Positions 28,052 through 37,910 of a DNA stretch of 64,000 bases are shown piece after piece. Below the pieces are notes generated by a model. It was not told where the DNA came from. It ran no database searches and was given only the letters and a program-made list of their open reading frames with translations. This DNA is from Clostridiales bacterium. Lineage in GTDB: Bacteria > Bacillota > Clostridia > Christensenellales > CAG-138. Made by a program: the position numbers and the translations under genes. Each line of letters begins with the position of its first letter. The first letter of the stretch is position 1. The DNA lies in contig CAKJYC010000004.1 in NCBI GenBank assembly GCA_918244965.1, positions 1,185 through 65,184 of the forward strand, written 5' to 3'.

Positions 28052-28781
28052 AGCATTCCGAATCTGCGTTCCGATCGCAGTTTATATCGCAGTATGGCAG
28101 CTGTTGTCGATGCTTGTCGGCAACAGCTTGCTGTTGCCTTCCCCCTGCGAAACCCTGCAGTCCGTTCGTGATGTTCTGACAACCGGCAGAGGCTGGCAGG
28201 CGATCGGGCTGACGCTGCTCCGGATCGTTTCTGGGTATTTGCTGGGCTGTACGCTCGGTGTTGCGCTTGCAGTTCTGACGTCGCATTTTGAAACCGCGAA
28301 CTGGCTGCTGAAGCCGCTCAGGTCGCTTGTGAAAACGACGCCGATCACGTCCTTTGCACTGATCCTTCTCGTGTCAGTTGTGTCCGGGATTGTGCCGGTC
28401 ATTGTTGCAGCGATCGTCGTCGTGCCGATGATCTGGCAGACGACGGAAGAAGCGATCCGAAACCGCAGCATACAGCTGGAGGAAATGGCAACGGTCTATC
28501 TGACGCCGTGGAAGAAGCTGCGCTATGTAACGCTGCCGCAGATTCTGCCCCGGTTTTTCTCTACGGCTTCCGTTTCTCTCGGTTTTGCATGGAAGGCGGT
28601 CATTACGGCGGAAATCCTATCACTGCCGCGTTTCGGCATCGGCCGCGAAATGCAAAGCATCAAATCTTATATGGAAACTTCCGAGCTGTTTGCATGGACG
28701 CTGCTTGTCATCTGCATGTCGGTGCTGATGGAGTCCGGATTCCGGATCCTGTTGAGAAAGGCAGGGCAGAGGTATGATTAA
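28032..28781 (+). CDS. ABC transporter permease (NitT/TauT-like)
   Basis: LLPSP, TLLRI, LEEMA..Y...LPQ EAA-like loop, AWKAVITAE, GIG. Confidence 0.85.
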   Translation: MRRILRKAFRICVPIAVYIAVWQLLSMLVGNSLLLPSPCETLQSVRDVLTTGRGWQAIGLTLLRIVSGYLLGCTLGVALAVLTSHFETANWLLKPLRSLVKTTPITSFALILLVSVVSGIVPVIVAAIVVVPMIWQTTEEAIRNRSIQLEEMATVYLTPWKKLRYVTLPQILPRFFSTASVSLGFAWKAVITAEILSLPRFGIGREMQSIKSYMETSELFAWTLLVICMSVLMESGFRILLRKAGQRYD

Positions 28782-29325
28782 GCTCTCAGACATTTCGATC
28801 CGATTCGGCGAAAAGCAGGTGTTGACGAATTTCTCGACCCAGCTTCCGGATCGCGGCGTCGTTCTTCTGTCCGGTGAATCCGGGATCGGCAAAACGACAC
28901 TGCTTCGCATTCTGTGCGGACTGACACAACCCGATTCGGGAACGATTACGGGACTTGAAACACGAAAGGTATCCGTCGTCTTTCAGGAACCGCGATTGAT
29001 CGAACACTTGACGGCACTCGAAAACGTTTCCCTTGTTTCCGACCGGAAAACGGCTGTCAGGCTATTGACCGATTTGAATCTTGAAAAAGAGATGAATCAA
29101 AGGGCGGCGAAGCTGTCCGGCGGGCAGAAGCAGCGCGTATCGCTTGCCAGAGCGTTTTCTTTTTCCGATGACGTCGTTTTGCTTGACGAACCGTTTTCCG
29201 GACTGGACGACCAGAATAAACTGCGTGCTGCGCGTCTGATTCGGACCGCACAGCTTGCTCTTGTTGTCACGCACGACGCAACCGACGCCGAATTGCTTTC
29301 TGCCGATAAAATTATTACGCTTTGA
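28774..29325 (+). CDS. ABC transporter ATP-binding protein (compact, 183 aa)
   Basis: GESGIGKT, FQE, LSGGQ, LLDEPF, VTHD. Confidence 0.9.
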   Translation: MIKLSDISIRFGEKQVLTNFSTQLPDRGVVLLSGESGIGKTTLLRILCGLTQPDSGTITGLETRKVSVVFQEPRLIEHLTALENVSLVSDRKTAVRLLTDLNLEKEMNQRAAKLSGGQKQRVSLARAFSFSDDVVLLDEPFSGLDDQNKLRAARLIRTAQLALVVTHDATDAELLSADKIITL

Positions 29326-29385
29326 CTTGCACTTTTTCCGCATATGTGATATGATACTTTATCAATATTATGCGGAGGTATGCGT

Positions 29386-30324
29386 ATGGGTATTGTTGTG
29401 CGGGACAAACGTTTCCCTTCTTCCACCGGGATCTGTGACGTTCGCTATCGCATCTGGGCACCTGAAGATCCGCGTGCATGCGTACAGATCATTCACGGCA
29501 TGGCGGAGCATATCGAACGGTATCATGATTTTGCAATGTTCCTTGCCGAGAACGGGTTCCTCGTATACGGCATGGATCTTCCGGGGCACGGCAAGTCCAT
29601 CGGCAAGGATCAGCCGAAGGGATTCTTCGGTGAGAAGAACGGCTGGGACAACCTGATCAAAGACAATAAAACCATGCATGACACCGTGATGAAGGATCAT
29701 CCTTCTTTGGCGTGCATTCTCTTCGGCCATTCGATGGGCAGCTTTCTTGCAAGAACATATGCCGGTCGCATGGGCGTTGATTTTGATGCATTCGTTTTTT
29801 CCGGCACTGCCGGCGCAAACCCTGCGCTGCCGGTCGCAAAAATGCTTGCCAAAGGCGCGATCAAGAAGGGCAAAGGCGCGGTTCCGAACGTATCGCTGAA
29901 CAAACTGGGGTTCGGCGCGTACAACAAGAAGTTCAAGGAAGCAAGAACGGAATTTGACTGGCTTTCGCGCGATACGGCTTCCGTGGATAAATACATCGAG
30001 GATCCTCTCTGCGGTTTCGTTTTTACCTCATGCGCATTCTATGATCTGTTTACGGGACTTCAGGAGGTTTCCAATCTGAATTGGGCGAAGCGTGTACCGA
30101 ACCGTCCGATTTTCCTGATGTCCGGTTCCAACGATCCCGTCGGCGCCATGGGGAAGGGCGTCAGACAAGTCTGCGGATGGCTTGAAAAGAGCGGACACAA
30201 GGTCTCCATGAAGCTCTATCCGGAAGGACGGCATGAGATGCTGAACGAAACGAACCGGAAGGAGGTTTACGGCGACGTACTGCTCTTCCTCGAAGCGGTT
30301 TGCACGACCGGTGAAACAGAATGA
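29386..30324 (+). CDS. alpha/beta hydrolase (lysophospholipase-like)
   Basis: HGMAEH, GHG, GHSMG nucleophile elbow, D..G, RHEMLNE; ATG 29386 best spaced from GGAGG. Confidence 0.9.
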   Translation: MGIVVRDKRFPSSTGICDVRYRIWAPEDPRACVQIIHGMAEHIERYHDFAMFLAENGFLVYGMDLPGHGKSIGKDQPKGFFGEKNGWDNLIKDNKTMHDTVMKDHPSLACILFGHSMGSFLARTYAGRMGVDFDAFVFSGTAGANPALPVAKMLAKGAIKKGKGAVPNVSLNKLGFGAYNKKFKEARTEFDWLSRDTASVDKYIEDPLCGFVFTSCAFYDLFTGLQEVSNLNWAKRVPNRPIFLMSGSNDPVGAMGKGVRQVCGWLEKSGHKVSMKLYPEGRHEMLNETNRKEVYGDVLLFLEAVCTTGETE

Positions 30325-30989
30325 GCGGCGTATTGATCTACCGTGATGCAAAAACCGTCGGCGTCAGCGCCGCAACGATGATCGCAAGCCATCTTTTGAC
30401 GGATCCGGGCTGCGTCGTAGGCGTCGATTATCATGAGACGCTTCTGCCCGTATTCGATTCGCTCTCTGCGATGACTGAGAACGGATTGATCGACTGGGGC
30501 GAAGCGAAGATTTTCCAGCTCTTTGAGTTCCTTCCGGATGAAACCGGAGAACAGCGGATCGCTAATCTTTTGGGGAAAGCGTTGTTTGCTAAAACGGACA
30601 TTTCGGAAAAGCAATACGTGGTTCCGTTTTCCAAGGAGCTTTCAAAGGAGGATACTGCGCGAGCATTCGAGACCTCGATCCTCGATGCCGGAGGACTTGA
30701 TGTTGCGTTGATCGCTGTCAGACGTGACGGATCGTTGTTCATGAACCGTTCCTACGACTGTATGCCGGAAACGCATGACGAAATGATTGACGGGGATGGA
30801 TTTATCACAGCCGGGCTGACTGCTTTGATGCACGCAAAGCATCTGATCGTGGTAGGCGCCGGCCGAAATGCTGCGGATGCGGTCAGGGCAATGCTGAAGG
30901 GAACGCTTTCGGAATCGCCGCTTGCGTCCTTGCGCCTGCATCCGTCCGTAACCTTTGTGTTTGATGAAGAAGCTGCAGAAATGCTTTGA
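30321..30989 (+). CDS. NagB/glucosamine-6-phosphate deaminase-fold protein with degenerate active site
   Basis: Overall NagB layout (IDW....FQL, AGGLD, IT.GL..LM.AK, PLASLRLHP.VT...DEEAA) but catalytic motifs altered. Confidence 0.7.
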   Translation: MSGVLIYRDAKTVGVSAATMIASHLLTDPGCVVGVDYHETLLPVFDSLSAMTENGLIDWGEAKIFQLFEFLPDETGEQRIANLLGKALFAKTDISEKQYVVPFSKELSKEDTARAFETSILDAGGLDVALIAVRRDGSLFMNRSYDCMPETHDEMIDGDGFITAGLTALMHAKHLIVVGAGRNAADAVRAMLKGTLSESPLASLRLHPSVTFVFDEEAAEML

Positions 30990-31030
30990 TATACCAGAAT
31001 GGATTAACTGACGATTGAGGAGGAAATACT

Positions 31031-31771
31031 ATGTCCGGACATTCCAAATGGGCAAATATTAAGAACAAGAAAGAAAAGACCGACGCCCAAAAAGGTAAGA
31101 TCTTTACAAAGATCGGCCGTGAGATCGCTATCGCTGTCAAAGAGGGCGGCGGCGCCGATCCGGCGAACAATTCCAAGCTGCGCGACGTCATTGCAAAAGC
31201 AAAGGCGGCAAACATGCCGAACGACAATATTTCGCGTTCCATCAAGAAGGCGAGCGGCGACGGCAACAGCGTGGATTATGAAGAGGTCGTATACGAGGGC
31301 TACGGCCCCGGCAACATTGCTGTGATCGTAAACGTTCTGACCGACAACCGCAACCGTATTGCTGCGGAAATGCGGCATATCTTCTCCAAAAGCGGCGGCA
31401 ACATGGGCGCTTCCGGCTCCGTTGCATGGATGTTCGATAAGAAGGGCCTGATCGTCATTGAACGCACCGCGCTGATGGATGAAGATGAAGTCATGATGCA
31501 GGCGCTTGACGCCGGCGCGGAGGATTTTGTCGCGCAGGACGATGCGTTTGAAGTCTACACCGCTCCCGCAGACTTTTCCGCCGTTCGTGAAAATCTGGAA
31601 GGACTCGGCTACAACTTCATTTCTGCTGAGATCGGTCAGATCCCCAAAAATACCACGAACATTACGGATCCGGAAACGATCGAAAAGATCGAACGCTTCC
31701 TGGAACGCATGGACGACAATGACGACGTGCAGGAAGTGTTCCATAACGGCGTCTGGGAAGAAAAAGAATAA
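31031..31771 (+). CDS. yebC: YebC/PmpR family protein
   Basis: MSGHSKWANIK, YEGYGPG, TDNRNR, DDVQEVFHN. Confidence 0.95.
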   Translation: MSGHSKWANIKNKKEKTDAQKGKIFTKIGREIAIAVKEGGGADPANNSKLRDVIAKAKAANMPNDNISRSIKKASGDGNSVDYEEVVYEGYGPGNIAVIVNVLTDNRNRIAAEMRHIFSKSGGNMGASGSVAWMFDKKGLIVIERTALMDEDEVMMQALDAGAEDFVAQDDAFEVYTAPADFSAVRENLEGLGYNFISAEIGQIPKNTTNITDPETIEKIERFLERMDDNDDVQEVFHNGVWEEKE

Positions 31772-31816
31772 TCTGCATTACACTGACGTATAAAGAATAG
31801 CAAAGGAGGTTCAATC

Positions 31817-32173
31817 ATGGCGATTTCTGTCGCGAACGATTTGGGAACCATTACCGTTTCCGAGGATCTGATTGCAACGATTGCCGGTTATGCGGCGGTA
31901 GAGAATTACGGGATCGTCGGCATGTGCGCAAGAAGCGCAGGCGATGCGATCGTTGAATTATTCGGAAAAGAGAATCTGCAGAAGGGCGTTCTGGTTGAAA
32001 AGGTAAGCGACACGCAGGTTGATGTTTCGCTGCACGTTGCGCTTCAATACGGCGTCTCTTTGCCTGCTGTTTCACAGAACACAAAGCAAAATGTGCGTTA
32101 TCGGATTGAGGATCTGACCGGGGTTTCGGTTCGCTGCGTGAATATCTTTGTGGAAAGTATTCGCGTTCAGTAA
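31817..32173 (+). CDS. Asp23/Gls24 family protein (YloU-like)
   Basis: IATIAG.AA.E.YGIVGM, YGV, VNIFV; directly upstream of DAK2 gene. Confidence 0.9.
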   Translation: MAISVANDLGTITVSEDLIATIAGYAAVENYGIVGMCARSAGDAIVELFGKENLQKGVLVEKVSDTQVDVSLHVALQYGVSLPAVSQNTKQNVRYRIEDLTGVSVRCVNIFVESIRVQ

Positions 32174-32195
32174 GCGAATTTCGGAGGGTTGAGCA

Positions 32196-33851
32196 TTGAA
32201 AATACAAACAATCAACGGCGCGCTTTTGCGGGATCTGTTTCTCGGAGGAGCAGCCAATCTGGAAAAAAACAAGGCATATATAGATTCCCTGAACGTTTTT
32301 CCGGTTCCGGACGGCGATACGGGAACAAATATGTCCATGACCATGCAGGGAGCGATCAAGGATCTTCGCTCCATGCCGGACACGGTTACAGTCGGTCAGG
32401 TCATGGACGCCGTTTCACTCGGCGCGCTCAAGAATGCGCGCGGCAATTCCGGCGTTATCCTGTCGCAGCTGTTCAGGGGCTATCAGCAAATCTGCAAGGG
32501 GCAGGAAACCATCTCGGTCGCTATGCTTGCAGATGCGCTTGAAACCGGCACGAACGCAGCATACAAGGCGGTCCTTCGTCCCAAGGAGGGCACGATCCTG
32601 ACTGTTTCACGCATGATCTCGCAGGCCTCGGTCGCTTTGACCAAGCGCAAAAAGAGCATCTCGCTGGCGGATTTCCTTGATTCGATGCTGACTGTCGGTC
32701 AGGAGGCGCTGGACAATACGCCGAATCTGCTTCCCGTTCTGAAGGAAGCGGGTGTCGTCGACAGCGGCGGCTTCGGCCTTCTGACGGTCTATCGCGGGTT
32801 CAAAGCCGTTCTTTCCGGTGAAGAGCTTCCCGATCTTGCACAGGAAGCCGAAGAGGAAGAGCTTCCCGAAGAAAACGAAGGCGCAAACCTCGATCATTTC
32901 TCGACAGAAGACATCGAGTTCGGATATTGTACGGAATTCTTCATCGTTCGTCTGATTGAAGGCTTTTCCGAGGATGACCTTGCAAAGCTGCGTGACCATC
33001 TGGTGCGTGTCGGCGATTCCGTCGTCGTTGCCGCAGGAGACGATTTTGTTAAGGTGCATGTGCATTCCAATTGCCCCGGCAAGATTCTGCAGTTTGCTAT
33101 GCGCTTCGGTGAGCTTGATCGACTTAAGATCGAAAACATGCGCGAACAAAACCGACAGCTGATCGAACAGAAAAAGCGCAATGAAAAGGAATATGGACTG
33201 ATCGCTGTCAGCGCCGGTGAGGGGATCGACGATATCTTCCGCAGCTTCTCTGTCGATCGGATCATTTCCGGCGGACAGACCATGAATCCGAGCATTGACA
33301 CGATCGTAAACGCGATTGATCACTGCAACGCGCGCAACGTTTTTGTGCTTCCTAACAATTCCAATATCATCCTTGCTGCTCAGCAGGCACAGAATCTGTG
33401 CTCCTGCAACGTTATCGTTCTTCCCACGAAGACGATTCCGCAAGGCATTGCGGCGGCAATGGCGTTCAATCCGGAACTTTCGCTTGACGAGAATCAGACG
33501 AACATGCAGGAAGCCATGAACGTGATCGTTTCCGGTGCCGTGACATACGCGATTCGTGAAACGCATTACAACGGAAACGACATCAAAGAAGGCGATATCA
33601 TCGGGATCATTGACAACGACATTGTAGCTGTTGCGGAAAACGTCAATGACGCTGTCGAACAGATCGTGAAGAAGATGATCGAGAAACGCGGGATCGACGA
33701 TCCCATCGTCAATCTATATTACGGCGATGCTGTCGAAGAAGAGGATGCGGAAGCGCTTTCGGAACGCCTGCAGGATCTCTTTGAAGATGCGGAGTGCATT
33801 GCAACACGCGGCGGTCAGCCATTGTATTATTACTATCTGTCCGTGGAATAA
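32196..33851 (+). CDS. fakA: DAK2 domain fatty acid kinase subunit A (YloV/FakA)
   Basis: LNVFPVPDGDTGTNM, ARGNSG, EGTILTV, VVDSGG, GYCTEF, GGQTMNPS, GGQPLY. Confidence 0.92.
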   Translation: MKIQTINGALLRDLFLGGAANLEKNKAYIDSLNVFPVPDGDTGTNMSMTMQGAIKDLRSMPDTVTVGQVMDAVSLGALKNARGNSGVILSQLFRGYQQICKGQETISVAMLADALETGTNAAYKAVLRPKEGTILTVSRMISQASVALTKRKKSISLADFLDSMLTVGQEALDNTPNLLPVLKEAGVVDSGGFGLLTVYRGFKAVLSGEELPDLAQEAEEEELPEENEGANLDHFSTEDIEFGYCTEFFIVRLIEGFSEDDLAKLRDHLVRVGDSVVVAAGDDFVKVHVHSNCPGKILQFAMRFGELDRLKIENMREQNRQLIEQKKRNEKEYGLIAVSAGEGIDDIFRSFSVDRIISGGQTMNPSIDTIVNAIDHCNARNVFVLPNNSNIILAAQQAQNLCSCNVIVLPTKTIPQGIAAAMAFNPELSLDENQTNMQEAMNVIVSGAVTYAIRETHYNGNDIKEGDIIGIIDNDIVAVAENVNDAVEQIVKKMIEKRGIDDPIVNLYYGDAVEEEDAEALSERLQDLFEDAECIATRGGQPLYYYYLSVE

Positions 33852-33859
33852 CGGTTCAC

Positions 33860-33882
33860 AGCCGCCGGCAGGCGGCTTTTTT
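33860..33882 (+). terminator. intrinsic terminator between fakA and recG
   Basis: agccgcc-ggca-ggcggct followed by ttttt. Confidence 0.7.
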
Positions 33883-33884
33883 CT

Positions 33885-35867
33885 ATGGAATTGCAAGACG
33901 TCAAGGGAATCGGGCCGAAGCGGATCGAACTGCTCAGACAGCTTCATATCGAATCAGCGGAGGATCTTCTGCGGTATTATCCGAAGGAGTATATCGACTA
34001 TACGCGTCTGTCCGCAATCCGCGAACTGACGGAAGGAGAGCACGCGACGATCCGCGTCTGCGTGCTGTCGGAGCCGAGCGTATTCTATTACAAGGGCAGG
34101 CACATCGTTTCCGTGCGTGTATCCGATGAAACCGGAACTGCTGTGCTGCGATGGCTGAATCAACCGTATCGGATCAGCCAATTCCACACTGGTGACTGCT
34201 TTCTCGCATCCGGGATTGTCAACAAAAAACGCGGGACGGTTCTGTATAATCCGCAGATCAACCGGACGAACAACGGGATCGTTCCTGTCTATGCAAGCAT
34301 CAAGGGACTGACGCAGACGGTCATTCGCAGTGCAATCGGCGCAATTCTCGAACAATATGATCTGGTCGATCATTTGCCCTTGAAATGGCGGGAACAATAC
34401 CGGCTGGCCGGATTCAGGGATGCGATTACCGAAATACATTTTCCGACGTCAACAGAGGCGCTGCAGGCGGCAAGGCGCAGGCTGTCCTTTGAGGATGCGT
34501 TCCTGTACTTTACGGCTGTCGGTTCTGCAAAATCGGAACGCAAACGCAGAAACGGATTTGCATTTCATATCGCGGATCGAGACGCTTTCCTGAATACACT
34601 CCCGTTTACTCCGACGGATGCGCAGCGCAAAGTGATGTCGGAAATCGAATCCGATATGCAGTCCGACGTACCGATGAACCGCCTTGTGCAGGGCGACGTC
34701 GGCTCCGGAAAAACGGTCGTCGCGGAGTACGCGCTGTATATTGCATCGCGGAACAGGAAACAGGGCGTACTGCTTGCGCCGACCGAGTTGTTGGCAGAGC
34801 AGCATTTTCATAAGCTGAAGAATCGATTTCCGGATGCTGTTCTGTACGTCGGGAGTATGAAGAAGGCACAAAAAGACGAAGCGCTTGCACGAATTGAACG
34901 TGGGGATACACAGGTTGTGATCGGTACGCATGCACTGCTGTCCGACAATGTCCGTTTCTTTGATCTCGGTCTTGTTGTCACCGACGAACAGCATCGATTC
35001 GGTGTGCTGCAGCGCGCAAAAATCGAAACAAAGGGGATACGGCCCGATGTGTTGGTTATGTCCGCAACGCCGATCCCGCGTACGATCGCACTCCTGATCT
35101 ATGCCGATCTTGATCTATCCGTGATCAATGCCATGCCGCCGGGACGAAAGCCCGTCAAAACGCATTTTGTTCCGGCTGCAAAGCGTAAGGACCTGTATCG
35201 CCATATTTCGGACAAGGCAAAGGCGGGGGAACGCGCGTTTGTCGTTTGTCCGCTGATCGAACCCACGGAAGGCTTTGACGGACTTTCATTGCAGGAGCTT
35301 GTACCGGAAATACGCACGCTGATGCCGGAAATACGTGTCGGTTATCTGCACGGACAGATGCCGGAAGAGGAGAAAACTGCGGCCATGGAAGCGTTCCGTA
35401 CGGGAAAGACGCCGGTCCTTGTTTCGACGACGGTCGTGGAAGTCGGTGTCGACGTGCCTGAGGCAACCGTCATGGTGATCGAGGGCGCAGACCATTTCGG
35501 CCTTGCGACGCTGCATCAGCTGCGCGGACGCGTCGGCAGAAGCAGCATGGAGTCACATTGCTATCTGCTTGCCGATAAGCTCAGTCAGCATGCAAAACAG
35601 CGAATCGAAACGCTGATTGGCACGAGCGACGGCTTCCTGATTGCGCAGAAGGATTTTGAGATGCGCGGCAGCGGAGACCTGTTCGGGGTTCGACAGAGCG
35701 GCGAGGGAGATCTGAACGGATTCCTTACAGGATGTTCTGTTGATACGATTCGAGATGCGTCCAATGCGACAAAAGAAGTCCTCACGGTTCCGACCGTAGT
35801 AAACAATTCGCTGATCGAAGAAGCATGCAGACGTTTCCGATTGCCCGGCATCATTGCGCATAACTGA
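33885..35867 (+). CDS. recG: ATP-dependent DNA helicase RecG
   Basis: QGDVGSGKT, DEQHRFG, SATPIPRT, LHQLRGRVGR, DGF.IA..D...RG.GD. Confidence 0.95.
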   Translation: MELQDVKGIGPKRIELLRQLHIESAEDLLRYYPKEYIDYTRLSAIRELTEGEHATIRVCVLSEPSVFYYKGRHIVSVRVSDETGTAVLRWLNQPYRISQFHTGDCFLASGIVNKKRGTVLYNPQINRTNNGIVPVYASIKGLTQTVIRSAIGAILEQYDLVDHLPLKWREQYRLAGFRDAITEIHFPTSTEALQAARRRLSFEDAFLYFTAVGSAKSERKRRNGFAFHIADRDAFLNTLPFTPTDAQRKVMSEIESDMQSDVPMNRLVQGDVGSGKTVVAEYALYIASRNRKQGVLLAPTELLAEQHFHKLKNRFPDAVLYVGSMKKAQKDEALARIERGDTQVVIGTHALLSDNVRFFDLGLVVTDEQHRFGVLQRAKIETKGIRPDVLVMSATPIPRTIALLIYADLDLSVINAMPPGRKPVKTHFVPAAKRKDLYRHISDKAKAGERAFVVCPLIEPTEGFDGLSLQELVPEIRTLMPEIRVGYLHGQMPEEEKTAAMEAFRTGKTPVLVSTTVVEVGVDVPEATVMVIEGADHFGLATLHQLRGRVGRSSMESHCYLLADKLSQHAKQRIETLIGTSDGFLIAQKDFEMRGSGDLFGVRQSGEGDLNGFLTGCSVDTIRDASNATKEVLTVPTVVNNSLIEEACRRFRLPGIIAHN

Positions 35868-35898
35868 AAAATCGCCGCAATCACGGCGATTTTTCAGT
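35863..35898. terminator. bidirectional intrinsic terminator
   Basis: actgaaaaatcgccg-caatca-cggcgatttttcagt between convergent recG and ssp genes. Confidence 0.85.
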
Positions 35899-35911
35899 CG
35901 GGTCTTTTCGA

Positions 35912-36124
35912 TTATCTCATCATGGACGAGGATCCGTTCATGTTGTTTTGAGCGTATGCAATCATACGCTTGACCATTTCGCCGCCGACGGAACCCGCCT
36001 CGCGGGAAGTCAGGTCACCATTGTAGCCCTGCTTCAGATCCACGTTGAGAGAGCTAGCCACTTCATGCTTGAAGCTCTGAAGCGCCTGTTTGCTTTCAGG
36101 AATCAAAGCACCGTTTCTGCTCAT
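35912..36124 (-). CDS. alpha/beta-type small acid-soluble spore protein
   Basis: FKHEVASSL, YNGDLTSREAGSVGGEMVKRMI; AAAGGAG SD. Confidence 0.92.
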   Translation of the reverse strand: MSRNGALIPESKQALQSFKHEVASSLNVDLKQGYNGDLTSREAGSVGGEMVKRMIAYAQNNMNGSSSMMR

Positions 36125-36145
36125 ATTGATTTACTCCTTTCCGTT

Positions 36146-36346
36146 TTAGTGAAGGTTTTTTTCCGCATAAGCGATCATGCGTTTGACCATTTCGCCGCCG
36201 ATGCTGCCGGCCTCGCGGGACGTCAGATCGCCGTTGTAACCCTGTTTCAGGTCGATATTCAGCGAGGAAGCAACTTCACTCTTAAACGACTGAAGCTTGC
36301 TCTTCGACTCGGATCCGGTATTGCCGTTGCTGTTATTGCGCGCCAT
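36146..36346 (-). CDS. alpha/beta-type small acid-soluble spore protein
   Basis: FKSEVASSL, YNGDLTSREAGSIGGEMVKRMI; AAGGAGGTG SD. Confidence 0.92.
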   Translation of the reverse strand: MARNNSNGNTGSESKSKLQSFKSEVASSLNIDLKQGYNGDLTSREAGSIGGEMVKRMIAYAEKNLH

Positions 36347-36500
36347 GTTTTCACCTCCTTGTCGGCTTTGTTACCCTTACTTTCTGCAAATTGTGCAAAA
36401 ATATGAACGGTAAAATATGGCGAATATCAGTAAAATCTGTTCTTGAATGCGAGAATGGAATGATGTATAATAAATAGATAAAATATGGAGACAAAGCTGA

Positions 36501-37910
36501 ATGAAATCCAATCTTTTCATTTCGGAACAGGAATTGAACGAACAACGACGGATTGCGGCTGACCTGTATCGGGAGATTGCACCGCGCAATCTGACTTTCT
36601 TTGTAGAGACGTTCGGATGTCAGATGAACGTACGCGACAGCGAAACGATCCGCGGGTGGCTGACCGAGATCGGTTATTCGGAGGCAGCAGAAAAAGAATC
36701 TGCCGATTTGATCCTGTTTAACACATGCTGCGTACGCGATCATGCGGAAAAGCGGCTGATGGGGAATATTGGTGCACTGAAAGAGCTGAAGGACAACAAT
36801 CCGGGACTGATCATCGGCGTCTGCGGCTGCATGATGCAGCAGGAGGGTATCGCGAAAAAGCTGCTAAAGCGTTTTCCGCATGTAAGTCTGATTTTCGGAA
36901 CGAACGTGCTGCACAGGATCCCCGAAATGCTGCGTGCTGTCATGAACGGTGAACGTATTGCCGTAACCGACCGTGCGAACGATGCGATTGCGGAAACACT
37001 GCCGCGGCTTCGCGATAATCAGAGAAGCGCGTTTGTCAACATCATGTACGGCTGCGACAATTACTGCTCGTACTGTATCGTACCGTATGTGCGCGGACAT
37101 GAACGGTCACGGCGTCCGGAAAATGTGCGAAACGAGATCGAATCTCTGGTATCGAACGGGATCACTGAAATCACACTGCTCGGACAGAATGTCAACTCTT
37201 ACGGCAACGACGGTTCTGCCGGCATGCACTTTGCGGACCTTCTGCGATATGTGTCCGATGTTCCCGGACTGAAACGGCTGCGTTTCATGTCGTCTCATCC
37301 GAAAGATCTGAATGAGGATGTCATGCAGGCGATCGCCGAACTGCCGAACGTATGCCACCATGTGCATCTGCCTGTACAGTCCGGCAATAATGAGATCTTA
37401 AGAAGGATGAACCGCAAATATACGCGCGAACACTATCTTTCGATCATCGAACGGATGCGTACACTGGTTCCGGATATCGAGTTTACGACCGATATCATCG
37501 TCGGATTTCCCGGAGAGACAGAGGAGGCGTTCGAGGATACGCTTTCGCTGGTCGAAACAGTCGGGTTTGCCGCTGCGTTCACGTTTGCATATTCGCCCCG
37601 ACAAGGGACGGTCGCTGCCAGGATGGAAGACCAGATTCCGGAATCGGTCAAAAAGCGTCGACTGCAAAGCTTGAATGCACTGCAAGCGCAAAAAACAATC
37701 GAAAACAATGAAAAATACATCGGACATGTCGGCGAGGTGCTGGTCGAAGGCTTTGACGAACGAGGACCCGAAACCATGCTGTACGGGAAGTACCAGAACT
37801 TTAAGATGGTATACTTTCCCGGCGATCCGATGCTGTTGAACCGATATATCACGGTTCAGGTGAATAAAACAAACAAAAATTCTTTATTGGGAGAAATGAT
37901 CCATGCATGA
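36501..37910 (+). CDS. miaB: tRNA-i6A37 methylthiotransferase MiaB
   Basis: TFGCQMN, NTCCVR, GCDNYCSYC radical SAM motif, LLGQNVNSY, IVGFPGET, YSPR.GT. Confidence 0.95.
   Translation: MKSNLFISEQELNEQRRIAADLYREIAPRNLTFFVETFGCQMNVRDSETIRGWLTEIGYSEAAEKESADLILFNTCCVRDHAEKRLMGNIGALKELKDNNPGLIIGVCGCMMQQEGIAKKLLKRFPHVSLIFGTNVLHRIPEMLRAVMNGERIAVTDRANDAIAETLPRLRDNQRSAFVNIMYGCDNYCSYCIVPYVRGHERSRRPENVRNEIESLVSNGITEITLLGQNVNSYGNDGSAGMHFADLLRYVSDVPGLKRLRFMSSHPKDLNEDVMQAIAELPNVCHHVHLPVQSGNNEILRRMNRKYTREHYLSIIERMRTLVPDIEFTTDIIVGFPGETEEAFEDTLSLVETVGFAAAFTFAYSPRQGTVAARMEDQIPESVKKRRLQSLNALQAQKTIENNEKYIGHVGEVLVEGFDERGPETMLYGKYQNFKMVYFPGDPMLLNRYITVQVNKTNKNSLLGEMIHA

Noticed and set aside
28774-29325. Short ABC ATPase as a truncated pseudogene
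   Set aside because: Walker A, Q-loop, signature, Walker B and H-loop are all present.
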